From assembly GCA_014905635.1 (NCBI GenBank), contig CM026547.1:1-64000 (forward strand): a stretch of DNA of 64,000 bases. Direction: 5' to 3'. The stretch is from Scenedesmus sp. PABB004. Lineage: Eukaryota. The notes below the pieces were generated by a model, which was not told the DNA's origin, did no database searches, and worked only from the letters and a program-made list of their open reading frames with translations. A program made the position numbers and the translations under genes. Shown piece by piece: positions 53,501 through 64,000 of this stretch (position 1 is the first letter of the stretch; every line of letters starts with the position of its first letter).

Positions 53501-56500
53501 CGTGCGCACGCCAGTCGGACCACCGCGGCCGCGCCGCGCAGCACAGTGTGCGCGGCAGCAACGCGTGGCACTCGGCGCCGCTGGGGAACCCACCTGCAGG
53601 AAGCTGACGACGGTGCCGCTGCGAGCCAGCTTGTCCTCGAGTGCCGCCTTGTCGCCGCGCAGCTCGCCAACGCACGAGTTCAGCTCCTCAATGCCCGCCT
53701 GCCGAAGGAGGGGGGTTCAGCAGCAGCAGGAGCGGGGGAGGTGAGCGCGTGGCGCGGACGCGGGTGCCGGCTGCCCCGCGCCGGTCGTCAGCAGGCCGGC
53801 GGCGCGGCGCGCACCTGCAGCGCGGCCATGCGTGCGCGCAGCGCGGCCTTGTCGGCCTGCGCCGCCTCAAACGCGCCCGCCTGCGCCGACAGCTGCGCCC
53901 GCAGCTCGACCTCCGCCGCCTCCGCCGCGGCCAGCTGCGCCAGGGCGGCGGCGTTGATGAGGTCGGACGCCTGACGCGCGGCGGCAGCGGCAGGGCGCAG
54001 GAGGGGCAGGATCAGCGAGTGAGCTTGGCCGTCTTGAGGCTTGTCTGTGCGCCGCGCGTGACGCGCTGCCTCCGGCCTCAGAGGCACGCGCAGCGCACAC
54101 CGCAGTACCTGCAGCGCCTGCGCCTCGAGCTGACGCTGCCGCTGCGCCAGGCGCGCGGTGTGCGCCTCGCGCAGCGCCGCCTCGGCGCCGCGCAGCCGCG
54201 CCGCCGCCGCTCCGCGGGCGGCCTCCGCCTCGTCACGCTGCGCGTGTAGGCCCTCCAGCTCCGCCGCCTTGGCGGCTGCCGCCGTGCGGATCGACTCCGC
54301 CTGCTCCGGGGTCACGTCGAGCCCCGCCAGCTTGAGCTGCGCGCGGCGGGGCGGGCGTCGTGGGCGGAGTGTGCTCCGAGCAGCCCCCGAGGCTGCAGCA
54401 CGAGGTGGGCCCGACCCCCGCCCCCCGCGGCGCGGCGCACCAGCAGCTGCTGGCGCTCCACCTCGAGGCCCTCGATGCTGCCGTCCAGCGCGAGGCACGC
54501 CTGGCCCGCCTCCAGCGTGGCCGACGACGCGGCCGCGTGGGCTTGGCGCGCGGTGGGCACGTCCACCAGCGACACGGGCGGCGACTGGCCCGGCCTCGCC
54601 GCGCCGGGCAGGCGCACGCCGCGCGCGCCCGCGCCGAGCTGGCGCAGCTCCGTCTCCATGCGGCGCACGCGACCCTCCAGGCCCTCCAGCTCCTTCTGCT
54701 TGCCCAGCAGCTGCAGGTGCAGGCGCTCCACCTCGGCCGCCGCGTCGCCGCACGCGCCCTTCCAGCGCCGCTTCTTGCCGCGCTGCGCAGGCGGTCGTGC
54801 GGTTCGAGTGCCGCCTGCAGCGTGCGCGCACGGGCGCGCTCTCTCGCGCGCGCCGCGCACGGCCCCACCTTGCGCTCCAGCAGCCGCGCCGTGCCAGCCA
54901 CGCGGTTGCGCTCCGCCGCCAGGTCGGCGGCCGTCAGGTGCAGCTTGCGGTCGGCCGCGCCCAGCTCGCCCGTGAGCCGCGCAATCTCCAGCTCCAGGCG
55001 CGCCTGCGGGCCGCGCGGGCGGTCTGGCTCACGCGGCCGGCGGCGCGGCGCGCGCGCCGGGACCACGCCGGGCCGCTGCGTCGTCCCACGGCGCGGGGCC
55101 GCGCCTTGGTCGCCTCGCCGCGGTCCAGCGCGTCGCGCTTCTCCCGCGCCAGCCGCTCGACCTCAACCGTCAGCGACCGCACCGCGAGCCGCGACTCGCC
55201 CAGCAGCTGCTCCGCCACCTGCGCCGCGGCAGGGGAGGGCGGGGGAGGCCGGCTGGGCGCCGCGCGCGCCGGCCGAGCACCACCCGCGCCACGCCGCACA
55301 CCCGCCGCCGCGCGAGTGCCGCATGCTGGCTGCGGCAGCGGCCGCGCGCGCCTGCGCGTCGTCGCGCAGCTGCTTCACGTCGCGTGCGCTCTTGTCCAGC
55401 TGGCTCTGAGTGACCTCAAGCTTGGTGGTGGTCTTGTGCAGGCGCGCGGTCAGGCTCTGCACGGCGTCGGCCTGGGCCTGCGCGGGTGCGCGACGCGTCA
55501 GCTGACGCGGCCATGCCGCGCTGCAGCGCGCGGCATGCCGCGGGTCACGCGCCGCGGACGCCCCCCACCCCTGCCCCCCTTGGCGCTGGCACGCGCCGTG
55601 TGTTGTCTGAGCAGGTCCTCGCTCTTGGCGTCTGCCAGCGTGACGCGCGCGCTGAGGGCGTGCGCCGTGCGCTGCGCATCGACCAGCGAGCCCTCCGCCA
55701 GCGCCAGCTCGCGGCCGAGGTGCTCCAGCCGGCCCGCCTGCTCCGCTACGGTAGCGTCCAGGTCGTGCAGCCGCGCGTCCTTGCCCTGCACGCTGCTGCC
55801 GAGGTGCGCAAAGCGCACGCGCTCGGCCGCCAGCGCGCCGCCCAGCACGCGCCGCGCGGTCTGCTGCGCCCACAGGCTGCGCAGCGCCACCGCAAAGCCC
55901 TTGCTGACCTCCGCCAGCAGGCGATGCTTACGCGCGTAACCCGCGCCGGCCGCTTCGAGCTGGCCCTGCAGCTTGGCCTCCCCCGCTGCCCTGGCCGCCA
56001 CGTCCTCCCTCAGCTGGCGCGCGTACTCCTCCAGCTGCGCGCACCTGCAAGGGGCGCGGCGCGGTTGGCAGGCGCTGAGTGGCTGCAGCCGCGCTGCTGC
56101 ACAGCACCCTCCCCCCATCACCCATCACACACACGCACCGCTTGTCGAGGTTGGCGGCCTTGGTGCGGCTGTGTGCAAGCTGGCCCTCCGCCTCGCCCTG
56201 GCTCAGCCGGCTCTGCGCCGCCGCCTCCTGCGCGGTCAGCAGGTCGCGCTCCAGCTCCGCGCCCGCCGCCTGCCGGGAGCGTGCGCACATGCGCAGCGCA
56301 GCGTCAGCGGGGCCGGGGGTGCAGCGGGGCCGGGGCACGCTGGCGCACACGCGCGCGCGCGCGCCGCCGGGTCACCTTGCTCGCGGCCAGCGCGGCCTCG
56401 AGCTTGGCCGCCGCGTGGGCCGCCTCCGCCGCCGTGCTGCGCGCCTCGTAGCCCTCCTCGCGCGCGGCGCGCAGCTCGTCGGCGAGGCGCAGCGCGTCGC

Positions 56501-56658
56501 TGCGCGCCGCCCGGTCGCTGTCCACGGCGCGGCGCCACGTGAAGTACATGCCCTGCAGCGCCGCTTCGAGGCCCTCCGCCAGTTGCTGCAGGTCGGACGC
56601 GCCGTCGGGCGGCGCTGCCAAGGGCTCGCCGCCTGCGGCGTGCTTCTCGGGGGTGCCG

Positions 56659-56701
<43 letters not shown>

Positions 56702-58340
56702 TGTGCAGGGGTGCCGCCGGCGGCGGCTGGACAGCAGGCTGGTGCTGCTGCCGGTGCTGCTGCAGCTGCTTCGCCAGGTCTGTGTCCAGCGCCAGCGCCG
56801 CGTCCACGCGGCCGCACACGTCTCGGGCCTGCCCCGCGGCGCGGCGAGCCGTCAGCGGTGCACGCGCGCGCGGCCGGCGGTGCGGCACGCGGCGCCCCGC
56901 CACCGCAGCCCGCTCACCGCGCGGCACTGCCCCAGCAGGGCGTCGTAGCGCGCCGCCAGCTCACCCGCCTGCTGCTGCAGCGCGTCGTGCTCTCCGCGCA
57001 GCGCCGCCAGCGCGGCCTGCGCGTCGGCGAGCTGCAGCGCCATCGCGGCGCGCGCCTGCAGCGCGTCGACGTAGCCCCGCACCGCGCTGGCGGACGCCGC
57101 CTGCTCTCGCGCGAGGCCCTCGCCCAGGCCCTCCACCTGGGCGGCGAGCCCGCGCCGCGCGGCGCTCGCCTCCGTCTCGGCCGCCGCCAGCCAGCCCAGG
57201 TCCTTGACCAGCGCGGCGTTGCTCGCCGTCGCGCACGCCAGCTGCGCGCGCGAGGCGAGGAGCTCGGTCATCGCGCCGCCCGCCGCCTCCACCAGGGCAA
57301 CGTACTCGCTCCGGAACGACGACTGCGCCCCGCCGGCGCCGCAGCGCGGAGCCAGCCGCGTGGGCCCGGGGCCCCCACCCGCGGGCGCTCCGTGCAGCCG
57401 CCGCGCCCGCCCCGTCCGGCCCAGCGGCGCGCCCTGAGCGCCGCCGAAATCTCGGCCCCCTGCGTGCGCGCGCGCGCGCGCGCGCCTGCATCGCGTGCTC
57501 TGCGAGCTGCAGGAACGCGCGCCGCACGCAGAAGAGCAGCTCCTGGCGGTGCTCGCTGCCGGCGAGCAGGCCCTGCGGCGCGGCCGCGGCGGCGGCGGCG
57601 GCGTCGGGGGCAGCCGCCAGGGCAGTGCCGACGCCACGCCTAGCCTGGTGCCGCGGGCCCCAGGGCGGCGCGTGCCTTGAGGCTGTCGAAGAAGCCCACG
57701 CTGTACACGTACAGGCTGCGGTGCAGCTGGTCCACCGCGCCGCCGCTCAGCCCCGCGGCGAGCAGCTGCCGCCGCGCGAGCCCCGCCGCCGCCGCGCCGC
57801 GCGCGCCGGCCGGCGCCGCTGCCGTCTGCTGCGCCGCACCGCGCGGCGGGCCCAGCGCGTCGTCGAGCCAGGCCTCCAGCGCGAGGCGGCCCCCCGCGCT
57901 GTGCTGCGTGGCGTGCGCCGCCTGCGCGCGGCACGTGGGCGCGGGCGCGTTAGCCGCGCGCCGCCGCTGCCCCGCGCAGCGCGAGGCCCCACGTGGCGCG
58001 CGCCCCCTCACCAGCTCCTGCTCGCGCAGGACCATGTCGAGCAGCAGCCCCGGGTCGCTGCTGCCGCCCGCCCCGGGCGCGCGGCCCAGCGCGTACGCCA
58101 CGAGCTCAGCCTTGCGCGCGCGGCGCAGCGGCGAGCACGGCGCATCGACGCCGCCGCCGGCTGCGGCCTCAGCGAGCTCTGCGCGTGGGCGCCGGGCTCC
58201 TCGGGTGAGCGCGCGTGCGCAAGCGCACGCAGCGCGGACGCAGCGGCCCCGCGTGCGCGTGCGCCGCACCGCCTGAGCGCCGCAGCGGCGGCAGCGACAG
58301 CCCGGCCTTGGGGCCGGGTGACTGAGGCCCATCCTCCTGC
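50498..58340 (-). CDS. Large multi-exon coiled-coil protein with C-terminal EF-hand-like region, function unknown
   Basis: Many spliced heptad-rich exons at 53100-57330; globular-looking blocks VDQLHRSLYVYSVGFFDSLK, CVHGFFMTRLG...ARLFGRCLGL and LEALFRMFDARGRG; start and stop both uncertain. Confidence 0.6.
50652..51219. repeat. Direct repeat copy 1 (~570 bp)
   Basis: Near-identical to 58632-59180 by direct reading. Confidence 0.95.
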
Positions 58341-58631
58341 GAGTGCGGCGCGGTGCCGCGAGCGCAGCGTCGGCAGCGGGCGCAGGTCCGCGGCGCTGCA
58401 GACGGCGCGTCGGCAGCTGGCGCCGCGCCTGTGATGCTGCTCCCGAAGCGCTCGCCAGGGCGCCAGGAGCTGGCATTGCTCCTGCTCAGCGTGGACGTGC
58501 GGCCGGTGGACCGCCGCTGCCCAGCGCGGCGGCCATCGCCGCGGCGAGCGCGCTGCTGCCGCGTCGGCCCACGCCGGCGGCAGGCCGCGGGGCGCTGCCC
58601 GGGTTCGGAAAGGCGCTGGTGCGGCGCCGGA

Positions 58632-59180
58632 GCCGCTGGGAGGGCCTGCACCTCGCCGCGCGACGGTGCGGGCCGCTGCGGCAGGCGAGTGGCGCGCGGG
58701 CAGCTCCGGGCGCGGCGAGGCGAGGGGGGCGTACGGGCGCGTCGGGAGCTGCTATAATCTAGCCAGGAGCACGATTCGCGAACGAGCGGGCGCGTGCCGG
58801 CAGACGCGGGGGTTCAGGCGGACCGGCGCGCCAGCCGCGTGTTTGACCGCGATGCCGACGCCGCCCGTTTGCCGCACACCGTCAAAAGCTCGCCCCACCG
58901 TTGCCTGGGGGCGCCCTGATGCTGCCTCCAGCGCTCCGGGGGGAGGCGCGCTGCAGCGGCGACGCCGGCCGCGCCATCATGGCCGCCAGCGGCAGGCGGC
59001 CCACGCCCGGCGGCGGCGAGCGCGCCCCGTCGCTGCTTTCCTCCAGCCGCGCGACGCCAGACGCCGGCTGTGGCGCGCTGCCCCCATCTGCCACGCCAAT
59101 GCTGCCACCGGCGCCAGGCGTGCTGCCGGTGCCAACGCCGTCACCGCCACCACTGCTGCAGCCGCCGCTGCCGCCGTCGC
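58632..59180. repeat. Direct repeat copy 2 (~550 bp)
   Basis: Matches 50652-51219 except a ~21-bp deletion, two 1-bp insertions and very few substitutions. Confidence 0.95.
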
Positions 59181-59206
59181 GTCAACCGCTCACACGCACC
59201 AGCGTT

Positions 59207-60330
59207 TCACATGCCGCTGCTCGGGGCGTCGGGGCGCAGCAAATCGGGCGCGAACTCGTGATCAGGCACGCCCGGCAGCGAACTGATGTCGGAGCGCCAG
59301 CGATACATCCACGCGGGGCGTTGGCGCGCCGCCGCGGCCGCAGCCGGGTGCTGACCCTCCGCTGCGCCGCGGCCTGCCAGGCGGCGCAGCCAGTCGAGCT
59401 GCCGCTCCCGTCGCTCCGCCCAGGCCCGCTCCAACTCCTGCTCCTGCTCCTGCCGCTCCTCCTGCTCCGGCTCCGGCTCGCGCCCTAGCTTTGCCCAGCG
59501 CTCGCCGTCGGCAGGGCCGCCTCCCGGCGGCGCGCCTGCCTGCTCTCCCAGGCGGCGCGCGTGCAGCGCGTCCAGCTTTGCCTCCCACGCCGCCAGCCCC
59601 CGCAGCGCCTGCTCGCCCCACAGAGAGCGGCGGTGCGCCTCGTCCTCAACCCGCCGCGCCGCTTCGCGGGCGAGCCGCCGCGCCGCGGCATCCAGGGGGT
59701 GCCCGCCGCCGCCGCCGCCGAGGGCACGCCGGCGCAGCAGGTCGCCGACGCGGGCGCGCCCGCCGCTGGCGGCGGCGCCACGCCCCGGCTGCGCGCGAGG
59801 CCCGCCCGTGCCCAGCATGACCCCGGCGCGCTGCCGCAGGACGGTCGCCGTGCCTAGCACAGCCGCTGTAATCGGCCAGGCGAGTGCGCCGCGGAGGGAG
59901 GGGGAGCTGGGCTGGCCTGCCGCAGCACGGCGCTCCGCGTACGGCGGCGCCGCTGCCGCTGCCGCCGTCCGTCTCAGGCCGCAGCGCCACAGCGAGAATG
60001 CAGACGTGCGAGTTCAGCAGCAGGGAGAGCGGGAAGCGCGCCCTCCGCGCGGCCGCGATGGAGGGGCGGACGAGCCCGCGGGTCGGGTGGCGCGCGAGCC
60101 CGCAGGCGTGGAACACGGCCGGCCAACTGCCACAGAGCTCGCCGTGCGGGCCATAAACGTCCCCTCTAGCCCCCTGACAGCGCGCGGGCCCTGGCGAGGC
60201 TCGTGCGACCGCCGCCGCCGCCGCCTGGGTGACGCACCTGGCCGCCGCTCGCCTCGCACGCTCGCGGCCGCTTTGGTGCTCAGGCAGGTTACCCGACGCA
60301 GCAACCGCTCCCTGATCTCACTCCACTCAC
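59207..60330 (-). CDS. Hypothetical protein, gene boundaries uncertain
   Basis: Protein-like frame 59865-59207 (RRVEDEAHRRSLWGEQALRGLAAWEAKL...WMYRWRSDISSLPGVPD) preceded by a plausible acceptor and upstream exons near 59940-60176 and 60239-60330. Confidence 0.4.
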
Positions 60331-60332
60331 GT

Positions 60333-61774
60333 CTAACACAGCCGCGGGCTCGCCGCTGCGAGGCGCTCGAGCTCCGGCCCCAGGTGCGCCGCGGCCCGCG
60401 CGTCGGCCTCCAGCCGCACCAGCGCCATCGGCGCGGCGCACCACTCGCCCCGGGCGGCGGCGGCGGTGGCGGCACCACCGCCGCCGCCGCGCGCGCCACA
60501 GCACGTGCAGCGCGCCGCGCAGCTGCCGCTGTGCGTCACAGCGAGGCTCGTGAGCTGCGTGAGCTCGCGCAGCCGCGCCACGTCAGCCGCGCAGTCGGCG
60601 CCGGCGCTGAGCGCGCGCAGGCCCGCGAGCTGCGGCAGCGCCGCGAGGCCGCAGCGCGCGGCCGCCGCCGCGGCCGCGGCCGCCTCGAGCAGCGCGGGGT
60701 GCGCGCCGTGCAGCGCGGTGAGCCCGGCGAGCGCCAGCAGCGGCGCGCCGAGCTCCGCGTCGGTGCGCAGCTCGCGCAGGCGCGGGCAGGCCGCCGCGAC
60801 GCTCGCGGCGACCCACTGTCGCGCGGCGCCGGCGCCGCCGGGCTCGTCGATCGCCTCCAGCTCCGCGCGCGCGAGGTCGAGCGGCAGGCCCCACAGCGCG
60901 AGGGACTCGAGGCCGTGCAGCGCCGGCAGGAGGGGCCCCGCGGCCTTGAGGCTGTAGGCGGGGGGCACCGGCTCGCCCGCGAGCCCCGCGACCGCGAGCG
61001 CGCGCAGGCGCGGCAGCGGCGGCAGGCGCGCGAGCACGCGCACGGGGCAGCGCCGCAGCGCGAGCGCGCGCAGGCGCGGCATCGCACCGAGCGCGCCCGC
61101 GAGCGCGTCGGGCGCCGGCCAGGCGTGCAGGCTGAGCGCGAGCCGCGTCACCCGCGCGCCCAGGCCGGCCGCCAGCAGCGGCGCCAGCAGCGCCGGCAGC
61201 GCCTCCGGCTCCGCGCGGGCGCCGCGCGGCGGGCCGCTGCCCCGCGTCGCGACGGCCAGGCCCTCCAGCGCCGGCAGGCGGTGCAGCACGCCGCACAGCA
61301 CCTCCAGCTGCGCCGCGCCGCGCTCCGCCAGGCCCGCCGCCGGCAGCGCCAGGCTCAGCTCCCACGCGCCGCCCGCGGCGCCGCCGCCCGGCGACGCGAG
61401 GAGGGCGCGCAGCGCGGCGCCGCCGTCCGTGCGGGCGCGCCGCTGCGTGTCTTCGGCATCGCCCAGGCGCAGCGCCAGGCGCGGCAGCCCCACCGCGGCC
61501 GCCCAGGCGCGGCAGGCGAGCCGCGCGGCCGCGGCGTCGCACGCGGCCAGGCGCGCGCCGACGGCCTGCGCGCGCGCAGCGGCGGATGCGGCGGATGCGG
61601 CGGCGGCGGTCGGCGCGCGCCCGGCCGCCGAGGCCGGCTGTCGCCTGGGGTGCTGCTGCGGCTTCCCGCAGCGGGGCCGCGTCCGCCGACGCCCGGCCGC
61701 GGCGGCGGCGCCCGATCCCCTCCGCCGCTGCCGCCCACCTGCAGCGCCGGCGCCGGCAGCTCCGCCCAGTGCAT
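60333..61774 (-). CDS. F-box/LRR-like protein
   Basis: Spliced N-terminus MHWAELPAPALQ|AVGARLAACDAAAARLACRAWAAAV is F-box-like; then LxxLxL repeats (LPALEGLAV, MPRLRALAL, CPRLRELR, LTQLTSLAV); 3' end uncertain. Confidence 0.7.
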
Positions 61775-62794
61775 GAGTCCCCGCGGCGCGGGCGCGGGCG
61801 ACCTCCCGGGCGGCCGCGCGCGCGGCGAGCGGGCGAGGGCGGGCGAGGGCGGGCGTGCGAGGCCCCGGCGTCGCGGCCTCCCTCCGCGGCCGGCGCGTAT
61901 CGGGTCGCGGCGGGCGGTCAGGGGCGCAGATGCGGGACTGGCAGCGCGGAGGGCCGTGCGGCAGGGCGTGCGGGCGCTAGGGAGGTGGCGGCAGCGGCGG
62001 CGCGTAGGAGGCCTCGACGCGCGCTCCTAGCATCATGAAACCGCCGCGCCCGTCGCGCGCCCGATCGAGGACGACGTTCGACAGCGCCTCCGAGGCCGCC
62101 TGGCGCCGGCGCTGCTGTGTCCGCCCCCCGCGGGCGGGGCGAGCGCGGGGTCGGTGACGTTGCCGCGGCGGCGGCAGCACTGGCGGCGCGCTTGCTGCCG
62201 GAGGCCAGACCGGGCGGCCAGGCCTCCCCACGCCTGGGCAACGGCCGCAGCCGGCTGCGCGCCGCGCGCTGCTGCCAGCCCGGGCGCCGCGCTCGGCAGC
62301 CGCCGCACACACAGCCGCCTGCTTCCCAGACGTCGCGCAGCTGCTCCCGCTGCTGCGCTGGGCCACGCCCGCTGCCCCCGATGCGCCTGCGAGCTGCGGC
62401 GGCGCACACCGCGCATGCGGCCGGCCGCGGCGGCGCTGCGCTGCCGCCGCTTACAGCGGGCGCGCCAGGCGCCGTGCGCGCGTCGGGAGCGCGCAACCGA
62501 TCTGGAGAGTGCGGGGGCGGGCTGCACGCGCCGCAACGACGATGCCCCGAAGGCGCTCGACGCTTCGACGCGCCCGCGGGTCTTCCCTCCGCGCGGCGCG
62601 CTGCGGCCGTGCTGCGCCGCCCGCCCTCCCACTCTCGCCCACGACGTCCCGCCGAACGCAGCCCCGCCCCGCCGCCCACGCGCCCTGCTCGCTCGCCGCC
62701 AAGAGCTCGGCAATCAGATTGCCCGCCCGCCCACCCAGAGCGCGCGCGAGGGCCGCTGCTGGTCGCTGAGGGTCGGGAGGCGCGCAGCGGCACC

Positions 62795-64000
62795 ATGTCG
62801 GTGGTCGGCTTCGATGTGAGCGCCCGGCGGGGGCCGCTGGGCGCGGGGGCGAGCTGTCCTGCAGCAGGGAGCAGCAACCACGCCCAACTGCAGCCCAGCA
62901 GCCCCGCCGGCGCGCGCGCGGCAGCGCCCTGGGCGGCGAGCCCGGCCAGCAGCGCCCGGCGGCGCCGGCGGCGCGCCCTCGCGCCCGGCAGCGCCGGCGG
63001 CGGCGCCGCAGCAGCGGCGGCCGCCGCCCCCAGGGCCCGCGCCGCGGGGCGGGCGCCGCGCCAGCGCGCGGGCGCTGCACCCGCAGCCGCTCCCGCCACG
63101 CCCACGCCCCCGCCGCCCCGCCCACGCCCACGCCCACGCCGCACGCGCCCCGCGCCCCGCGCGCCCGCGCGCCGGCAGGTCGGCAACGACTGCTCGTGCG
63201 TCGCGATCGCGCGCAAGCGCGGCATCGACGTGCTCATGAACAAGGAGAGCACGCGGGAGACGCCGGCGATGGTGTGCTTCGGCGACAAGATGCGCTTCCT
63301 CGGCACCGACGCGGCGGCCAAGGTCGGCATGAACCCGCGCGCGACGCCGCACCAGCTCAAGCGCCTGCTCGGCAAGCGCTGGGCAGACCCCGCGCTGCAG
63401 GCCGACGTCGCGCGGCTGCCGTTCAAGGTCGGGGAGGCCCCCGACGGCGGCGTGCTCGTGCACGTCACGTTTGGGGGCGAGCCCGCGTCGTTCACGCCGG
63501 AGCAGCTCGTCGCGATGGTGCTGACCGACCTCAAGAAGATTGCCGAGGCGGAGGCGGGCATCGCGGTCACCGACTGCGCGCTCAGCGTGCCCACCTTTTA
63601 CACGCAGGCCGAGCGCGCGGCGATGCTCGACGCCGCGGGCGTCGCGGGGCTCAACTGCCTGCGCCTCGTCAACGAGACGACCGCGACCGCGCTCGCGTAC
63701 GGCATCTTCAAGACCGACCTCCCTGAGACTGACCCCGTGCACGTGGGCTTCGTCGACGTCGGCCACGCGCACACGCAGGCGCGCGTTGGAGCGGCGGGGC
63801 GCCGGCGGCGGGCGCCGGCGGCGGAGCAGCGGCCGAGGCGGCAGCGGCGGGAGCGGCGGGAGCGGCAGTGGCGGTGGGAGTGGCGGGGGCGGCAGCAGCG
63901 GCGGCTGCTGCAGCGTCTCAAGCCCCGCGTGCGCGCGCGCCGCGCGCAGGTGTCGATCGTGTCGTTCCGCAAGGGCGGCCTGTCGGTGCGCTGCCACGCG
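62795..64000 (+). CDS. HSP110/SSE-type HSP70 family protein, 5' part (runs off the window)
   Basis: MSVVGFD|VGND...ARKRGIDVLMNKESTRETPAMVCFG, LRLVNETTATALAYGIFKTDLPE, FVDVGH; exons 62795-62815, 63179-63778, 63950 onward. Confidence 0.95.
   Translation, partial: MSVVGFDVSARRGPLGAGASCPAAGSSNHAQLQPSSPAGARAAAPWAASPASSARRRRRRALAPGSAGGGAAAAAAAAPRARAAGRAPRQRAGAAPAAAPATPTPPPPRPRPRPRRTRPAPRAPARRQVGNDCSCVAIARKRGIDVLMNKESTRETPAMVCFGDKMRFLGTDAAAKVGMNPRATPHQLKRLLGKRWADPALQADVARLPFKVGEAPDGGVLVHVTFGGEPASFTPEQLVAMVLTDLKKIAEAEAGIAVTDCALSVPTFYTQAERAAMLDAAGVAGLNCLRLVNETTATALAYGIFKTDLPETDPVHVGFVDVGHAHTQARVGAAGRRRRAPAAEQRPRRQRRERRERQWRWEWRGRQQRRLLQRLKPRVRARRAQVSIVSFRKGGLSVRCHA

Noticed and set aside
50652..59180. 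LTR retrotransposon interpretation of the direct repeats
   Set aside because: No TG...CA termini, PBS, PPT, TSD or gag/RT/integrase motifs; the interior is a spliced host gene.
62548..62570. Heat-shock element upstream of HSP110 (GAA...GAC..TTC)
   Set aside because: Too degenerate to support without data.

Overview
Left end of a linear nuclear chromosome from an extremely GC-rich (roughly 75-80% by eye) intron-rich eukaryote. The (CCCTAAA)n telomere, short GC-rich introns, TGTAA-type poly(A) signals and protein similarities point to a chlorophyte green alga, probably Sphaeropleales-like (inference). Most long ORFs in the supplied track are GC-content artefacts, so genes were rebuilt by hand from spliced exons. 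About 20 tightly packed genes follow the telomere: RING-CH protein, HYLS1-like, SYP7 SNARE, NC2-alpha, ankyrin/coiled-coil protein, Fe-SOD, MEMO1, SWI3/SMARCC, CHD3/PICKLE-like, LETM1, a WD40 protein, a secreted Cys-rich protein, a membrane protein, RNASEK-like, CSE1, DRC5/TCTE1, a large coiled-coil/EF-hand protein, an unknown protein, an F-box/LRR protein and a partial HSP110. The best hidden signals are two non-coding RNA candidates in neighbouring LETM1 introns: a box C/D snoRNA with a 15-nt antisense match to 18S rRNA, and a ~116-nt pre-miRNA-like hairpin. Also notable are a recent ~550-bp direct duplication around the coiled-coil gene, unusually frequent GC-AG introns, an Fe-SOD with no transit peptide, and a SWI3 that keeps the animal-type N-terminal module. 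Family calls come from motif recognition, not database searches.
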